Shown here: one piece after another, positions 1 to 10,300 of the stretch
Layout of the letters: every line of letters starts with the position of its first letter
Position numbering within the stretch: position 1 is the stretch's first letter
NCBI GenBank assembly: GCA_964291405.2
Contig: OZ219926.1
Location: 3,936,001-4,000,000, forward strand
Direction of reading: 5' to 3'
Source: Thermodesulfobacteriota bacterium
GTDB taxonomy: Bacteria > Desulfobacterota > Binatia > Bin18
DNA length: 64,000 nt
Notes under the pieces: model-generated
Databases searched by the model: none
Told to the model about the DNA's origin: nothing
What the model saw: only the letters and a program-made list of their open reading frames with translations
Made by a program: the position numbers and the translations under genes

Positions 1-987
1 GGCTATATGCACGAACATGTCGACGGCTTTACCGCGCCACTACACGTCGGTCAGGTCCGGGGCGGCATGTCCAACCCGACCTTTGTGTTGACCGACGGCG
101 CGGGTAGGCGTTATGTGCTGCGCAAAAAACCACCGGGCAAACTTCTGCCCTCCGCCCACGCGGTTGACCGTGAGTTCCGAGTTATTTCCGCCCTATGGGA
201 AACCGATGTGCCGGTCGCGAAACCCTATGTCCTGTGCCAGGATCCCAGCGTCATCGGGGTGGACTTCTATATCATGGATTTTGTGGATGGCCGGGTCTTC
301 CGTGGCTATGAATTGCCCGAGCTGACACCGGCGGAACGCCGCGAGATTTACCAGGCCATGGTCGACGTCATGGCCAAACTCCATCAGGTCGATTTTCGGG
401 CCGTCGGGCTGGAAGGCTACGGCAAGGTAGGCGGGTATATGGAACGCCAGGTGCGACGCTGGTCCAAGCAGTATGAGGCCAGCAAGACAGACGACCTGCC
501 GGCCATGGAAAACCTCATGCAATGGCTGCCCGAACATTTGCCCGCGCATCACGAAACAACCATCGCCCACGGGGATTTTCGTCTGGAAAACATGATCTTT
601 CATCATACTGAGCCTCGGGTGCTGGCCGTGGTGGACTGGGAGCTGAGTACGCTGGGGGCGCCCCTATCCGACTTGGCCTATAACTGCCTGCCGTACTATG
701 TCCCGGACGATATGCGCGGCGACCTGACCAGCATCGACTACGCTAGCTACGGCATCCCGTCCGAGGAGGAATACGTCGCCTGGTACTGTCAGAAGACGGG
801 TCAGCAAGACATCCCGGAGTGGAAATTCTATCTGGTGTTCTCGCTCTTCCGGCTGGCCGCCATCGTGCAGGGCGTCTATAAGCGCGGCCTCGAAGGTAAT
901 GCCAGTTCGCCTGAAGCCATCACTCGAGGGGAAAAGTGTAAACAACTCTGTGCGGCCGGCTGGAGCCTGGTTGAGCAGGGAGTCTAA
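1..987 (+). CDS. APH/phosphotransferase family protein (ACAD10/11 N-terminal kinase-like), probably 5'-truncated by the window edge
   Basis: Motifs GGMSNPTF, LRKKPPGKLLPSAHAVDREF, HGDFRLEN and VDWELSTLG; the frame is open back to base 1. Confidence 0.88.
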   Translation, partial: GYMHEHVDGFTAPLHVGQVRGGMSNPTFVLTDGAGRRYVLRKKPPGKLLPSAHAVDREFRVISALWETDVPVAKPYVLCQDPSVIGVDFYIMDFVDGRVFRGYELPELTPAERREIYQAMVDVMAKLHQVDFRAVGLEGYGKVGGYMERQVRRWSKQYEASKTDDLPAMENLMQWLPEHLPAHHETTIAHGDFRLENMIFHHTEPRVLAVVDWELSTLGAPLSDLAYNCLPYYVPDDMRGDLTSIDYASYGIPSEEEYVAWYCQKTGQQDIPEWKFYLVFSLFRLAAIVQGVYKRGLEGNASSPEAITRGEKCKQLCAAGWSLVEQGV

Positions 988-1020
988 GCCCCCTTCGGTG
1001 TGCTTCTTGCCAGACGGAAC

Positions 1021-2322
1021 CTACTCGTATCCGGCACCGCCTATGGGTGTCACGCTTACGCGCGGAGGCGACAGGAAAAAGGCAGCGGTGGACCGAATCA
1101 CCTCCGGGTCGGTCGTCTCCAGCAGTACGCCAAAGGCTGAGAGACGGTATCTTCCCGCGGCCAGCCGCGCGATGTTGGAGAAATGAAACCCGAAAGATGG
1201 CTGCCCGCTGTGAGGTGGTCCCGTGTTGGAAAAATACGTCTGTTGTGCAAGCTGTTGGAGCCCGCCTTCGAGCCGTATGACCAGTAAGAGCGTCTGGCCC
1301 GTGGGGAGCTGTAAGGCTGCCCAGCGAGGAGACTGTTCTTCTCCCACGGGCAACTCATCTGCCTGCAATAACCGAGCCTGACCGAAATCGAGAAAATTGA
1401 AATAGGTACTGACCTCGCCGTCGGCCAAAATAAAACGTGGCGGAATCTTGAGCTTGACCAGGGTCGTGCCCTCGACAAAGTCCGGATAAAAGATGAGATC
1501 AATCCGCCCCCTGGCGCGGAGGCCAAAGGGGAGGGGAAACCAATAGCGCGCGCGGCGAATCACCCGGATCGGGCCCTGGGTATGGCCGTATAGCCGGGCG
1601 TGCAGGTCTTTGTCGGTACGCCGGATGTTCAGTAATCCGCCCAGAAAATCGACCTCGGCATCAACGCCAATATGCGATATGAGGTTCTGACCCAGATCGC
1701 CCGGTGAGTCCACAAAAGCGAGATGGCTGGGTAGCGGCGTATCAAAAGCTACGCTATAGCCTTCGGCATAGACATGATCCTGTTGGGGGTCGTAGCGAAC
1801 GAGACCGGGCCGGGTAGGCTGAGTCGATTGCACACCCACCCGAATATAGACAAAGCCAAGTGGGGTCTCGTCAGAGCCGAGGCGAACCTCATGCCACCCG
1901 CCTGCTGGAAACGTTGCCGCAGGGGCGTGTTTCCCCATATCCCGTCTCAGGAAAACAATCACATCGTTGGGGTCAAACCGCCCTGGCTGGTCGTCTTGGC
2001 TGGGACGCGGGCCGGCCTTGATGACCCACCGGCCACGTCGGTCGCGTACGTCAATCTGAAAAGGGATGGGTGTTAGAGACGTGGAGTGGAAGGCGAAGAG
2101 CTGAATGTGCGAGAGGGACTGTTGATGTAAGAAGGGTAGGCTGGGTCCCTCAAGGACGATCACGCCGGGCCGGGCCGGTGTAGCTTCCGCCCAGAGCCGG
2201 ACTGGTAAGCTCGTGAGCAAACATGCGATGAGAAACGCAAGACGGATATGCTGCACGAACTGTCTCCGGGCTACGGAGGAAAGGGGGGAGACAGGGGCAG
2301 CGCTTGGTGCCGCCCCTGTCAA
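1021..2322 (-). CDS. Hypothetical exported protein
   Basis: 433-aa ORF with an N-terminal hydrophobic signal-like segment (LAFLIACLLTSLPVRLWA); no family recognised; start uncertain. Confidence 0.65.
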   Translation of the reverse strand: MTGAAPSAAPVSPLSSVARRQFVQHIRLAFLIACLLTSLPVRLWAEATPARPGVIVLEGPSLPFLHQQSLSHIQLFAFHSTSLTPIPFQIDVRDRRGRWVIKAGPRPSQDDQPGRFDPNDVIVFLRRDMGKHAPAATFPAGGWHEVRLGSDETPLGFVYIRVGVQSTQPTRPGLVRYDPQQDHVYAEGYSVAFDTPLPSHLAFVDSPGDLGQNLISHIGVDAEVDFLGGLLNIRRTDKDLHARLYGHTQGPIRVIRRARYWFPLPFGLRARGRIDLIFYPDFVEGTTLVKLKIPPRFILADGEVSTYFNFLDFGQARLLQADELPVGEEQSPRWAALQLPTGQTLLLVIRLEGGLQQLAQQTYFSNTGPPHSGQPSFGFHFSNIARLAAGRYRLSAFGVLLETTDPEVIRSTAAFFLSPPRVSVTPIGGAGYE

Positions 2323-2343
2323 TTTTTTGACGGGGCTCGTCCG

Positions 2344-3780
2344 CTATTTCCCGCTGGCTCGCTGCCACTCGCCGTCAAGCTCCTCCGCCACTTCTCGAAT
2401 CGCCCTGCCAAGGGTATCCACCATCTCGTCAATCTGCTCTCGGGTGATGATTAAGGGGGGGCAGAGCGCAACACTGTTCGCGCCGGCCACGCGGGTAATC
2501 AAGCCGTTATCCAAGGCTTTTTCCCAGACCTGTTGCGCAATGCGCAGCTCGGCCGGGAACATTTCCTTGGTGGCTTTATCCCTGACCAGTTCGACCGCGG
2601 CGATCAGACCCTTGCCACGCGTGTCACCCACGATGGGCAGCTCGTGGAGGGCGGCCAGGCGTTTCTGCAAATAGCGGCCCTGGGTGCGGGCGTTCTGGAC
2701 GAGTTTCTCCTTTTCGATGATTTCAAGATTGGCCAGGGCTGCGGCGCAGACGGTTGGATGGCCGGTATAGGTGTAACCGTGCCAGAAGGCGTAATCATCG
2801 CCCGTATCCAAAAAGGTCTGGAAGATTTCCTCTTTGAACAGGACCACACCAAGCGGCAGATAACCGCTGGTGACGCCTTTTGCCGAAACCAGAATATCCG
2901 GCACAACGCCAAAGCCAGTCGAGGCAAACATGGTGCCGGTGCGGCCAAAGCCGGTAATGACTTCGTCACACACCATGAGGATATTATGGCGCGAGCAGAT
3001 CTCCCGAATCTTGGGCCACCAGCCATCGGGCGGAACAATCACGCCGCCCACGCCCTGAATCGGCTCGGCCACAAAGGCTCCAATCGTTCCCGCGCCTTCG
3101 CGCCGGATGATTTTTTCAAGCTCCTCCGCGCCATTGTTCTCGCGATAGGTATACGGGCGGGGCATATGGATGACACCGGGCAGGCCAGGATCGACCTGAT
3201 TATTAAAAAGCGGAATACCGGTCAGCGACGCGGCACCGCTTGACGTGCCGTGATAGGCCTGTTCCAGGGTGATGAACTTCGTCTTCTTGGGCTTCCCTTT
3301 GGCTTTCCAATAGGCGCGGACCAGACGAATCATCGACTCGTTCGACTCCGAGCCGCCTGAGGTCAGGATCACCCGACTCAGACCCTTGGGCGCGATCTTG
3401 GCCAGCTTGGCCGCCAGTTGCACGGTCGGGACCGAGGTCGGGCCGATCAGCGTCGGCGCAAAAGCCAGCTTGTTCATCTGCTCGGCCACGGCGCGGTTGA
3501 TTTCTTTGCGGCCGTGTCCGATATGCACATTCCACAGGGAGGCGAGGCCGTCGATATACTTCTTGCCTTCCGTATCCCAGAGATAGATGCCTTGGCCTTT
3601 GACAAAAACGGGTACTCCCTTATTTTGCTGCAAGCCGAGCGGCACAAAGCCGTGGACAAGGTGGGCCGCATCCTGCTTGCGCAGTGCTTTTGCCTGTTGC
3701 GGAGGTAGGGCCACCGAAGACGGTTTCTTGCGTGGCCGTAACGGAACGACCTTCCCCTGCGTTTTTGCCTGCCGTGCCAT
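2344..3780 (-). CDS. Class III PLP-dependent aminotransferase (omega-amine:pyruvate type)
   Basis: GGSESNE, AYHG, AEPIQGVGG, DEVITGFGRTG, SAKGVTSGY (PLP Lys), HGYTYTGHP; AAAGGAGAG RBS precedes ATG at 3780. Confidence 0.93.
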   Translation of the reverse strand: MARQAKTQGKVVPLRPRKKPSSVALPPQQAKALRKQDAAHLVHGFVPLGLQQNKGVPVFVKGQGIYLWDTEGKKYIDGLASLWNVHIGHGRKEINRAVAEQMNKLAFAPTLIGPTSVPTVQLAAKLAKIAPKGLSRVILTSGGSESNESMIRLVRAYWKAKGKPKKTKFITLEQAYHGTSSGAASLTGIPLFNNQVDPGLPGVIHMPRPYTYRENNGAEELEKIIRREGAGTIGAFVAEPIQGVGGVIVPPDGWWPKIREICSRHNILMVCDEVITGFGRTGTMFASTGFGVVPDILVSAKGVTSGYLPLGVVLFKEEIFQTFLDTGDDYAFWHGYTYTGHPTVCAAALANLEIIEKEKLVQNARTQGRYLQKRLAALHELPIVGDTRGKGLIAAVELVRDKATKEMFPAELRIAQQVWEKALDNGLITRVAGANSVALCPPLIITREQIDEMVDTLGRAIREVAEELDGEWQRASGK

Positions 3781-3896
3781 ACCACTCTCCTTTCGCTGTG
3801 AACTCTTGCGCTGTACCACGGATGCGATCATATACGAGTCGCGCGAAAAATCCCAGACTGATACCCTGCTGATGAGACATATACAAAGGAGGAAAG

Positions 3897-4904
3897 ATGA
3901 AAACAAAGCGAATGGGGCGAACCGGTCTGAACGTTTCCGAAATCTGCCTGGGTACGATGACCTTCGGGCGTCAATGCGAAGAAACGCAGAGCTTCGCCAT
4001 CATGGATACCGCATTCGAGAACGGCGTGGATTTCTTTGATAGCGCCGATGTGTATCCGGCGGGCGGTGGTGTCGAAACCGCGGGCCGCACCGAAGAGATT
4101 GTCGGTAAATGGCTAAAAGGCCGGCGCGAGGACATTGTCCTGGCCACCAAATGCTGGGGCGCGATGGGTGACCGGCCGAACGACCGGGGCCTCTCGCGCA
4201 AGCATATCTGCGCCGCGGTTGAGGCGAGTCTCAAGCGCTTGCAGACGGATTATATTGACCTGTATCAGGTCCACGCACCCGACCCGAAAACGCCGATCGA
4301 GGAGACCCTGCAAGCCCTGGACGACCTAGTCCATCAAGGCAAGGTGCGTTACATCGGCTGCTCAAATTTCCAGGCCTGGCGTCTGGCCCTGGCCCTGTGG
4401 CAGAGCGACAAGCTCGGTCTGGCGCGCTTCGACTGTGTTCAGCCGCGCTACAATATGCTGTTCCGTGAAATCGAACACGAACTCTTTCCCCTGTGTCGCG
4501 AACAGGGCATCGGCATGATTCCGTACAATCCGCTCGCCGGCGGGTTTCTGACCGGCAAACACAAAGCCGGCGCGGAACCGGCCGCGGAAACGCGATTTGC
4601 CCTGAGTGGCAGAGCCGGGGAAACGTACCGCCGGCGCTACTGGCAGGAGGCCCAGTTTGCCGCGGTCGAGCATCTCAAGGAATTCTTTACCGCGCACAAT
4701 AAACCACTGGCTCAAGTGGCAGTCGCCTGGGTGCTCGCCCAGCCCGAAGTCACCTCACCGATTGTCGGCGCGACCTCAGTCGAACAACTCGAACAATCCC
4801 TGCCGGCGGTCGAGATGAGCCTCGACGAAGAGGAGATGGAACTGTGTAACGACCTGTGGTTCTCGCTGCCGCGCCTGCGGGATAAGGCGGTGGCGTTGCG
4901 GTAG
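3897..4904 (+). CDS. Aldo/keto reductase
   Basis: LGTMTFG, FDSADVY, LATK, SLKRLQTDYIDLYQVH, IGCSN; AGGAGG RBS. Confidence 0.95.
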   Translation: MKTKRMGRTGLNVSEICLGTMTFGRQCEETQSFAIMDTAFENGVDFFDSADVYPAGGGVETAGRTEEIVGKWLKGRREDIVLATKCWGAMGDRPNDRGLSRKHICAAVEASLKRLQTDYIDLYQVHAPDPKTPIEETLQALDDLVHQGKVRYIGCSNFQAWRLALALWQSDKLGLARFDCVQPRYNMLFREIEHELFPLCREQGIGMIPYNPLAGGFLTGKHKAGAEPAAETRFALSGRAGETYRRRYWQEAQFAAVEHLKEFFTAHNKPLAQVAVAWVLAQPEVTSPIVGATSVEQLEQSLPAVEMSLDEEEMELCNDLWFSLPRLRDKAVALR

Positions 4905-4943
4905 ACGCGAGGGGACTACGAGGCGGTATGCTGTTGTGCTGTC

Positions 4944-5050
4944 GTCATGCCGGACTTGATCCGGCATCCAGAGGTTGGAGGATGGGAAGAGTCCTTTGAG
5001 TCTGTTGAGTCCTTTGAGTCTGTTGGGTCTCTGGGGTCACCGGCATCCAG
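4944..5050. repeat. REP-like palindrome plus 9-bp tandem array between convergent genes
   Basis: Hairpin ATGCCGGA-CTTGA-TCCGGCAT (4947-4967); six 9-mers at 4989-5042; CCGGCATCCAG repeated at 4961 and 5040. Confidence 0.8.
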
Positions 5051-5065
5051 GGGGCAGCGTCTGCC

Positions 5066-6394
5066 TCAATCCTCTTCCTCGATGAATACCAGATGTCCAG
5101 CTTCCTCCTGGGCGCGGATTTTCTCTTCAATGTCGGCCGAGAGTTCTATCTTGCGGTGTTGAGGAAACTTCTCCCGGTCTACGGTCGGACGCAGAAAATA
5201 CTGCTCCGGGGTCAGTACTTCGGATTGACTTTTAAGCTGGGCAAAATACCACACGCGGGGGAGCACCCCAGGACTAAAGAAAACTTCCTGGTCTTCAGCC
5301 GACCATTCTTTGAGATGGTGGGTATCATGCACGCTGTAGCGCATGTAATCGAGCGTGACATCCCAGTAATGGTTAAACAATAGGCCGTAGCCTTTGTCTC
5401 CCATGTTGGGATTCCGATAGGTCGCGATGCGGGTTTCGATGAAAATCAGATTGCCATCCTGGCCGTACTGCTCTATCCGCAACGGATAAAAATAATGCTT
5501 ATCCAGCCAATAGATAATCTTTGGCGCATAATATCCGGGCAGCCATTCTTCTTCGACTGAAGCTTCTACTACCCAACAATCAATACCCCCCTCTTTGGTG
5601 TAAAAAGGGTAGTCATCGCCCATCATTTTAATCTGATCAGTCGGAACATCGTGGAGGGTGCCGTCTGACTCTCCTAAGGTGACAGTTGACCGGGTCGTGG
5701 GGAAGCGGACTGTTTTCTGCAGCGTGTCGACGCCAATGAGCTTCCAGGAAAACTCCCACGGATCACGGCCAAAGATATCGTCAAAACTCTCTGCCCCCTG
5801 TGCCAATTTATCGCCTCGACGTGGCTGGGGCTGACGACGAACCCGCCGCAAGGCGGGTGAATAAACAAAGAGATCCCAGCGGGTCAGTGGCTCTTGTCCA
5901 GCTCGGTACATGGTCATAAACATCTGGTTCCCGAGGTCTTCTGGCGGGAAAAAGGTTTGACCAGTTATTTTTCGTGTCGGCTCACCTGGTTTCGTTCCGT
6001 AGATCTCGCCTTCTAAGCCCTGCATGCCCTTTGCATTTGGAACATAGAATATCGGGCTGTGCATTTTATCCGTAATGAGATACCCGTGTGCGGTCAGCGC
6101 CCCACTCACATCGACAAAATTGCACGACCAGCGTGGCGAGTGGCTGAACTCCATGGCCCGATAGCCCATCTCCTCTGCGGTATAGGGCGGCTGAAACGGA
6201 TAACGCTCGGCGGGTATATACGGCTGCTCCGGGTCGCGTGGCGTATCGGTTCGAGGATCGAACAGTTCACGCTCCGCCTCGGTCAGCTCGCCCACCACCC
6301 GCCAGGTTTTTGCCGTCGCGGGCGAGTCGGCCCATACCACGGGCGCCAGGCATAAGCTGAAAATAAAGAATGAGAATGTCAGACCCAACCGCAT
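5066..6394 (-). CDS. DUF1329-family exported protein
   Basis: Signal peptide; YSPALRRVRR motif followed by an acidic SFDD-FG segment. Confidence 0.75.
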   Translation of the reverse strand: MRLGLTFSFFIFSLCLAPVVWADSPATAKTWRVVGELTEAERELFDPRTDTPRDPEQPYIPAERYPFQPPYTAEEMGYRAMEFSHSPRWSCNFVDVSGALTAHGYLITDKMHSPIFYVPNAKGMQGLEGEIYGTKPGEPTRKITGQTFFPPEDLGNQMFMTMYRAGQEPLTRWDLFVYSPALRRVRRQPQPRRGDKLAQGAESFDDIFGRDPWEFSWKLIGVDTLQKTVRFPTTRSTVTLGESDGTLHDVPTDQIKMMGDDYPFYTKEGGIDCWVVEASVEEEWLPGYYAPKIIYWLDKHYFYPLRIEQYGQDGNLIFIETRIATYRNPNMGDKGYGLLFNHYWDVTLDYMRYSVHDTHHLKEWSAEDQEVFFSPGVLPRVWYFAQLKSQSEVLTPEQYFLRPTVDREKFPQHRKIELSADIEEKIRAQEEAGHLVFIEEED

Positions 6395-6415
6395 GGCTCC
6401 GGCCTCGTATCCCTG

Positions 6416-7753
6416 CTAGCGTCGTCCCTCAGTCAACTTGTTCACATCGTACAGACTCAGCACCTCCTCCATATCCACCTCCGGGTAGCCCATATCCAGC
6501 GCCGGAAATAACGACGCCTGGTCGGTTTTCACGTCAACGACCGTGACGCCAAGATACCGAACGAGATGTGCGCCCGTATTCATTTCCGGCAGGTGTTGGG
6601 CGTCTTCGGACCAGGAGTGCTGCATGCCCCACACCTTCCACAGCGTCCCTTCCCGGTTGAACGCCATACCGGAGACGACCCGATAGGTCTGGGCGTCCAT
6701 AAACAGGAGCTTGCTGCTGTAGGGATGATTTTCCCGCTTGGGCTTGAGCTCGACCACCATGGCCTTGCGCAGCTCCCACGGCCCGAGCGGTGCCCGGCCC
6801 GCGGGCCCGTAATAGTGCGCATAGGCGTGGGGCGAGTTCATGATGTGCAGTACATCCTTCCAGCCGTGAAAAGTCCAGTCATAATCCAGTACCCGCCCGG
6901 AGAAGCCGAAGAAGTCATCGATGGTCGTATCCGAGCCCTGGAAAGAATCGGCCTTCTCTTCCGCGGACACGCGGCGGACTTTGCGCAGGGACGGAACATA
7001 GGTCCACGCCTGGTCAGGCTGGTGCGGGTCGCTGGAACGCTGGATGAGCACCCGCAGACCGCGCATTTCATACGGGTCGGTAAAGTCGTTGATATCTTTC
7101 CACTCAAATTCCGCGGCCCCATCAACGGGTAGGGTGTAATTCTGTTCGGGCAGCATGGCGAGATGGCTGTGATACACCCGCTGATAGCGCTGCTGGAGCA
7201 CGCGCTCGACTGTGCCACCCGGTTGAATCATATCCTCGGGTATGCCCGGCAACACACCGTGCGTCCCTCCCGGTTTGATCATGATCGTGGCGAAATTGCC
7301 GACCTTGATGCCATAATGCTGCCAGCGGAAATTAAAATTCCAGCCAATCCTGAGACCCGCGGTCGGGTCTGCCGGGTCCAACTGGTCCGCGGGAAACGGT
7401 TGGCCGGCAACATAATTTTTTAGACTGCCGTCCTCGGCAAGCTGGGTCTGGCCGGTGAATTTCTCGGTTGCTTCGAGATAGTCTGTCCGCGGGGGATAAT
7501 CGCCTGGGGAGCTGATGTCGAAGGTCACTTCCGGAAACTGAAACTCTTCAAAATATCCGGGTGGCACAAAGGGCCGGATCTTGTCCATATCGCTCAGCCC
7601 CAGGGTCTCGCCGGGCGTAAACTCCGGCTGGGCGTCTTGATACTGCCGCGCCCATTCCAATACGGTCTCCCGGGTCATGCCGCTGCGCTCATCCTGCGCC
7701 CAACTCGGCCCGGCCCAGACCAGTAATCCTACGAATAGAACAATAAACGGCAT
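6416..7753 (-). CDS. DUF1329-family exported protein
   Basis: Signal peptide (MPFIVLFVGLLVWAGPSWA); YVAGQPFP, AWTYVPSLRKVRR, DDFFGFSG, HPYSSK; GGGAGG RBS before ATG at 7753. Confidence 0.82.
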   Translation of the reverse strand: MPFIVLFVGLLVWAGPSWAQDERSGMTRETVLEWARQYQDAQPEFTPGETLGLSDMDKIRPFVPPGYFEEFQFPEVTFDISSPGDYPPRTDYLEATEKFTGQTQLAEDGSLKNYVAGQPFPADQLDPADPTAGLRIGWNFNFRWQHYGIKVGNFATIMIKPGGTHGVLPGIPEDMIQPGGTVERVLQQRYQRVYHSHLAMLPEQNYTLPVDGAAEFEWKDINDFTDPYEMRGLRVLIQRSSDPHQPDQAWTYVPSLRKVRRVSAEEKADSFQGSDTTIDDFFGFSGRVLDYDWTFHGWKDVLHIMNSPHAYAHYYGPAGRAPLGPWELRKAMVVELKPKRENHPYSSKLLFMDAQTYRVVSGMAFNREGTLWKVWGMQHSWSEDAQHLPEMNTGAHLVRYLGVTVVDVKTDQASLFPALDMGYPEVDMEEVLSLYDVNKLTEGRR

Positions 7754-7940
7754 TCGTCCTCCCTTACGGTCTCGCTCACGGTCCAGACTAACGGTTCTCT
7801 GCAAGACAGGCTATCCCTCCCGATTGCCGCTGGGACAAAAAAATGTCTTTGCAAAAAATACAAGCTTGGCTATGGTAACGATGGGCACCCGCCCGTACGG
7901 TTCCTCAATACTGAAGCGTAGAGAGACACAGGAGGCCAGC

Positions 7941-8507
7941 ATGAAAACGATCTCGGTGAGCCCTGAAGACATGGAAGCCCGCATTGCCCGCTTCCAAGAC
8001 TTGAAGCCCATTCCGGCTATGCAGAACGGCAAAATTCCGCTGGCAGCCCGGGACCACATCTACGCCCGTAAGCTCTTGCCCGTTATCTCCTCTAAGGGCG
8101 GAGAAGGGCCGTTTGGGCCGGCCCCGATTGCTGAAGCCGATGGCTATTCCATGACGCTGGCCGTGTGTCCACCCAACCAGGGGCCGGGACTGCACGCCCA
8201 TCACAAGACGCACGAGATTTTTACCTGCCTCAAAGGGACGTTCAAAATCCAGTGGGGTGATGACGGAGAACACGAAATTGTACTGCATCAATTTGACACG
8301 ATCTCAGTACCGCCAGGCGTGTGTCGCAGCTTCACGAATATCGGCGATGACGAAGGTTGCCTCCAAGTGCTCATTACCGGTGGCGTGCACGATATGCAGG
8401 ACATCGCTTTTCCACCCAGCGTGGCCGCGCAGATAGACCAGACCGGCCCGGGAGTGTTAGAGGAGATTAAGAAGACCGGCCTCGCGTTTAACGCAGGCCA
8501 AGAATAG
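7941..8507 (+). CDS. Cupin domain protein
   Basis: GPGLHAHHKTHE-F and DTISVPPGVCRSF cupin motifs; AGGAGG RBS before ATG at 7941. Confidence 0.88.
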   Translation: MKTISVSPEDMEARIARFQDLKPIPAMQNGKIPLAARDHIYARKLLPVISSKGGEGPFGPAPIAEADGYSMTLAVCPPNQGPGLHAHHKTHEIFTCLKGTFKIQWGDDGEHEIVLHQFDTISVPPGVCRSFTNIGDDEGCLQVLITGGVHDMQDIAFPPSVAAQIDQTGPGVLEEIKKTGLAFNAGQE

Positions 8508-8555
8508 AGATTCAAGAATAGCGCTGTAACCGACGCGTTTCATAAGGAGGCCAGC

Positions 8556-9038
8556 ATGAGTGTTGACGAGTTAGTCCAACGGCTCCAGGTTTTGGAAGAC
8601 ATTGAGGCCATTAAAAAAGTCAAGGCCGAATACTGCGCGCACTGTGACAACGGCTACAACCCGGACGGGATTGCCGAGCTGTTTGCCGAAGACGGGGTGT
8701 GGGACGGTGGGGTTGACGTGTTTGGCAAATACGACGGCCGGGAAGCCATTCGGAAGTTCTTCACCGGGGCGACCAGAGTCATTCCGTTTGCCGTGCACAA
8801 CGTCATGAATCCCATCATTGAAGTCGACGGCGACACGGCCACGGGGCAGTGGTATCTGTTCCAGCCCTGCACGATGACCGAGAAAGACGGGGATAAAGCC
8901 GTGTGGGGTGCGGCCAAATATAGCGACGACTATGTGCGGGTCGATGGCGAGTGGAGAATCCAGACCCTGCGCGTCAAGTTCGAGTTCTGGACACCCTTTG
9001 AAAAGGGCTGGGCGGAAAAGCGGATGATTCAGGACTAG
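8556..9038 (+). CDS. SnoaL/NTF2-like protein (LinA/BaiE-type fold)
   Basis: LEDIEAIKK-KA-YC--CD, FAEDGVWD, HNVMNPIIEVDGD-ATG-WY, Y-DDYVRVDGEWRI. Confidence 0.88.
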   Translation: MSVDELVQRLQVLEDIEAIKKVKAEYCAHCDNGYNPDGIAELFAEDGVWDGGVDVFGKYDGREAIRKFFTGATRVIPFAVHNVMNPIIEVDGDTATGQWYLFQPCTMTEKDGDKAVWGAAKYSDDYVRVDGEWRIQTLRVKFEFWTPFEKGWAEKRMIQD

Positions 9039-9064
9039 CGGTCTCGTCCCGACAGGAGCGGCCT

Positions 9065-10249
9065 ATGCAGTTTTATAATTTTCATCTCATGCCGTGGCCC
9101 GACCTGCCCGCCGACTTTGCCGACAAGACCAAACATGAATCGGCCTGGGTGACGCTCTCGAATAAATACTACGATCCCGAAAAAGGGCATACGGTCTACA
9201 ATCAATATCTGGACCAGCTTGAGTATGCCGAAAAGCTGGGGTTCGAGGGCGTGTGCGTCAACGAGCACCATCAGAACACCTACGGCACCATGCCGTCGCC
9301 GAACATTATGGCCGCCATGCTGGCCCGCCGGACCTCGCGGATGAAGATTGCGATGGTCGGCAACGGCCTGCCGCTCCGCGATCATCCTCTCCGGGTCGCC
9401 GAAGAAGTCGCCATGCTCGATGTCGTGACCGGCGGGCGGATTATTTCCGGCTTTGTGCGCGGCATTGGGGACGAATACTTTTCCCTGGGGATCAACCCCA
9501 CGTATTCGCTGGCGCGTTTCCGCGAAGCGCACGATCTGATCATCCGCTCCTGGACCGAGACCGGCCCGTTTTACTTTGACGGCGAGCATTATCAAGTCCG
9601 CTACGTTAATGTCTGGCCGCGCCCCCTCCAGAAACCACACCCGCCGATCTGGATCCCCGGCTTCGGCAGTAAGGAAACCGTCGAGTGGTGCGCCCATCCC
9701 GACCGCAAATACCCCTATCTTGCGGTGTTCATGCCGGATGACCTGGTGAAGTGGTTCTTCGATGCCTACCGCGAGGCTGCGGATCAGTACGGTTACGAAG
9801 CCTCGCCCTATCAAATGGGTCACCTCCTGCCGGTCTACGTGGCCGAGACGGACAGCCGCGCAGAAGAAGAGGCCGAGGCTCATATCCTGTGGCTCTACCA
9901 CTACGGCCTGCGTCATAAATGGCAAATGTTTTTCCCGCCGGGCTACACGTCCGCGACGTCCATGCGGCGCATCCTGGCCCGCGCGGCCGACTTCGATTGG
10001 GAAAGCATGGATTTCAAGCAGCTCAACGAGCGCGGCTACTGTGTCGTGGGCAGCGCCAAGACCGTGCGCGAGCGTCTCGCCCACCTGGTCAAGGAACTCG
10101 GCTTCGGCCTGCTGCTTCCCCTCCTGCACGCGGGCGATATGCCGCACCATCGGGTCATCAAGAACATGGACCTGTTTGCCGCCGACGTGATGCCTGCCCT
10201 GCGCGAGGAATTCAGCGCGATGTCGCAGCGCTGGCTGGAGGCGGCATAA
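9065..10249 (+). CDS. LLM-class flavin-dependent oxidoreductase
   Basis: NEHHQ, PLRVAEEVAMLD, GFVRG, PRPLQKPHPPIW. Confidence 0.93.
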   Translation: MQFYNFHLMPWPDLPADFADKTKHESAWVTLSNKYYDPEKGHTVYNQYLDQLEYAEKLGFEGVCVNEHHQNTYGTMPSPNIMAAMLARRTSRMKIAMVGNGLPLRDHPLRVAEEVAMLDVVTGGRIISGFVRGIGDEYFSLGINPTYSLARFREAHDLIIRSWTETGPFYFDGEHYQVRYVNVWPRPLQKPHPPIWIPGFGSKETVEWCAHPDRKYPYLAVFMPDDLVKWFFDAYREAADQYGYEASPYQMGHLLPVYVAETDSRAEEEAEAHILWLYHYGLRHKWQMFFPPGYTSATSMRRILARAADFDWESMDFKQLNERGYCVVGSAKTVRERLAHLVKELGFGLLLPLLHAGDMPHHRVIKNMDLFAADVMPALREEFSAMSQRWLEAA

Positions 10250-10300
10250 GCACGCCGGGGAACGGCCTTCGCCCACACGACAACGGCCAAGGAGGCTCGC

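Noticed and set aside
4989-5042. Possible CRISPR array or the TQQTQR peptide ORF 4945..5130
   Set aside because: The 9-bp units have no spacers and there are no cas genes; the ORF is simply a translation of the repeat
7677-7940. N-terminal extensions in the ORF track (7677, 3906, 13481, 20483, 34498, 40165, 49539, 58211)
   Set aside because: They overlap neighbouring genes or intergenic DNA; downstream ATGs have clear RBSs and match the family starts
8556-9038. LinA/LinC-type HCH dehalogenation pathway (SnoaL proteins plus SDRs)
   Set aside because: Only fold-level resemblance; these families are broad and the genes are unlinked
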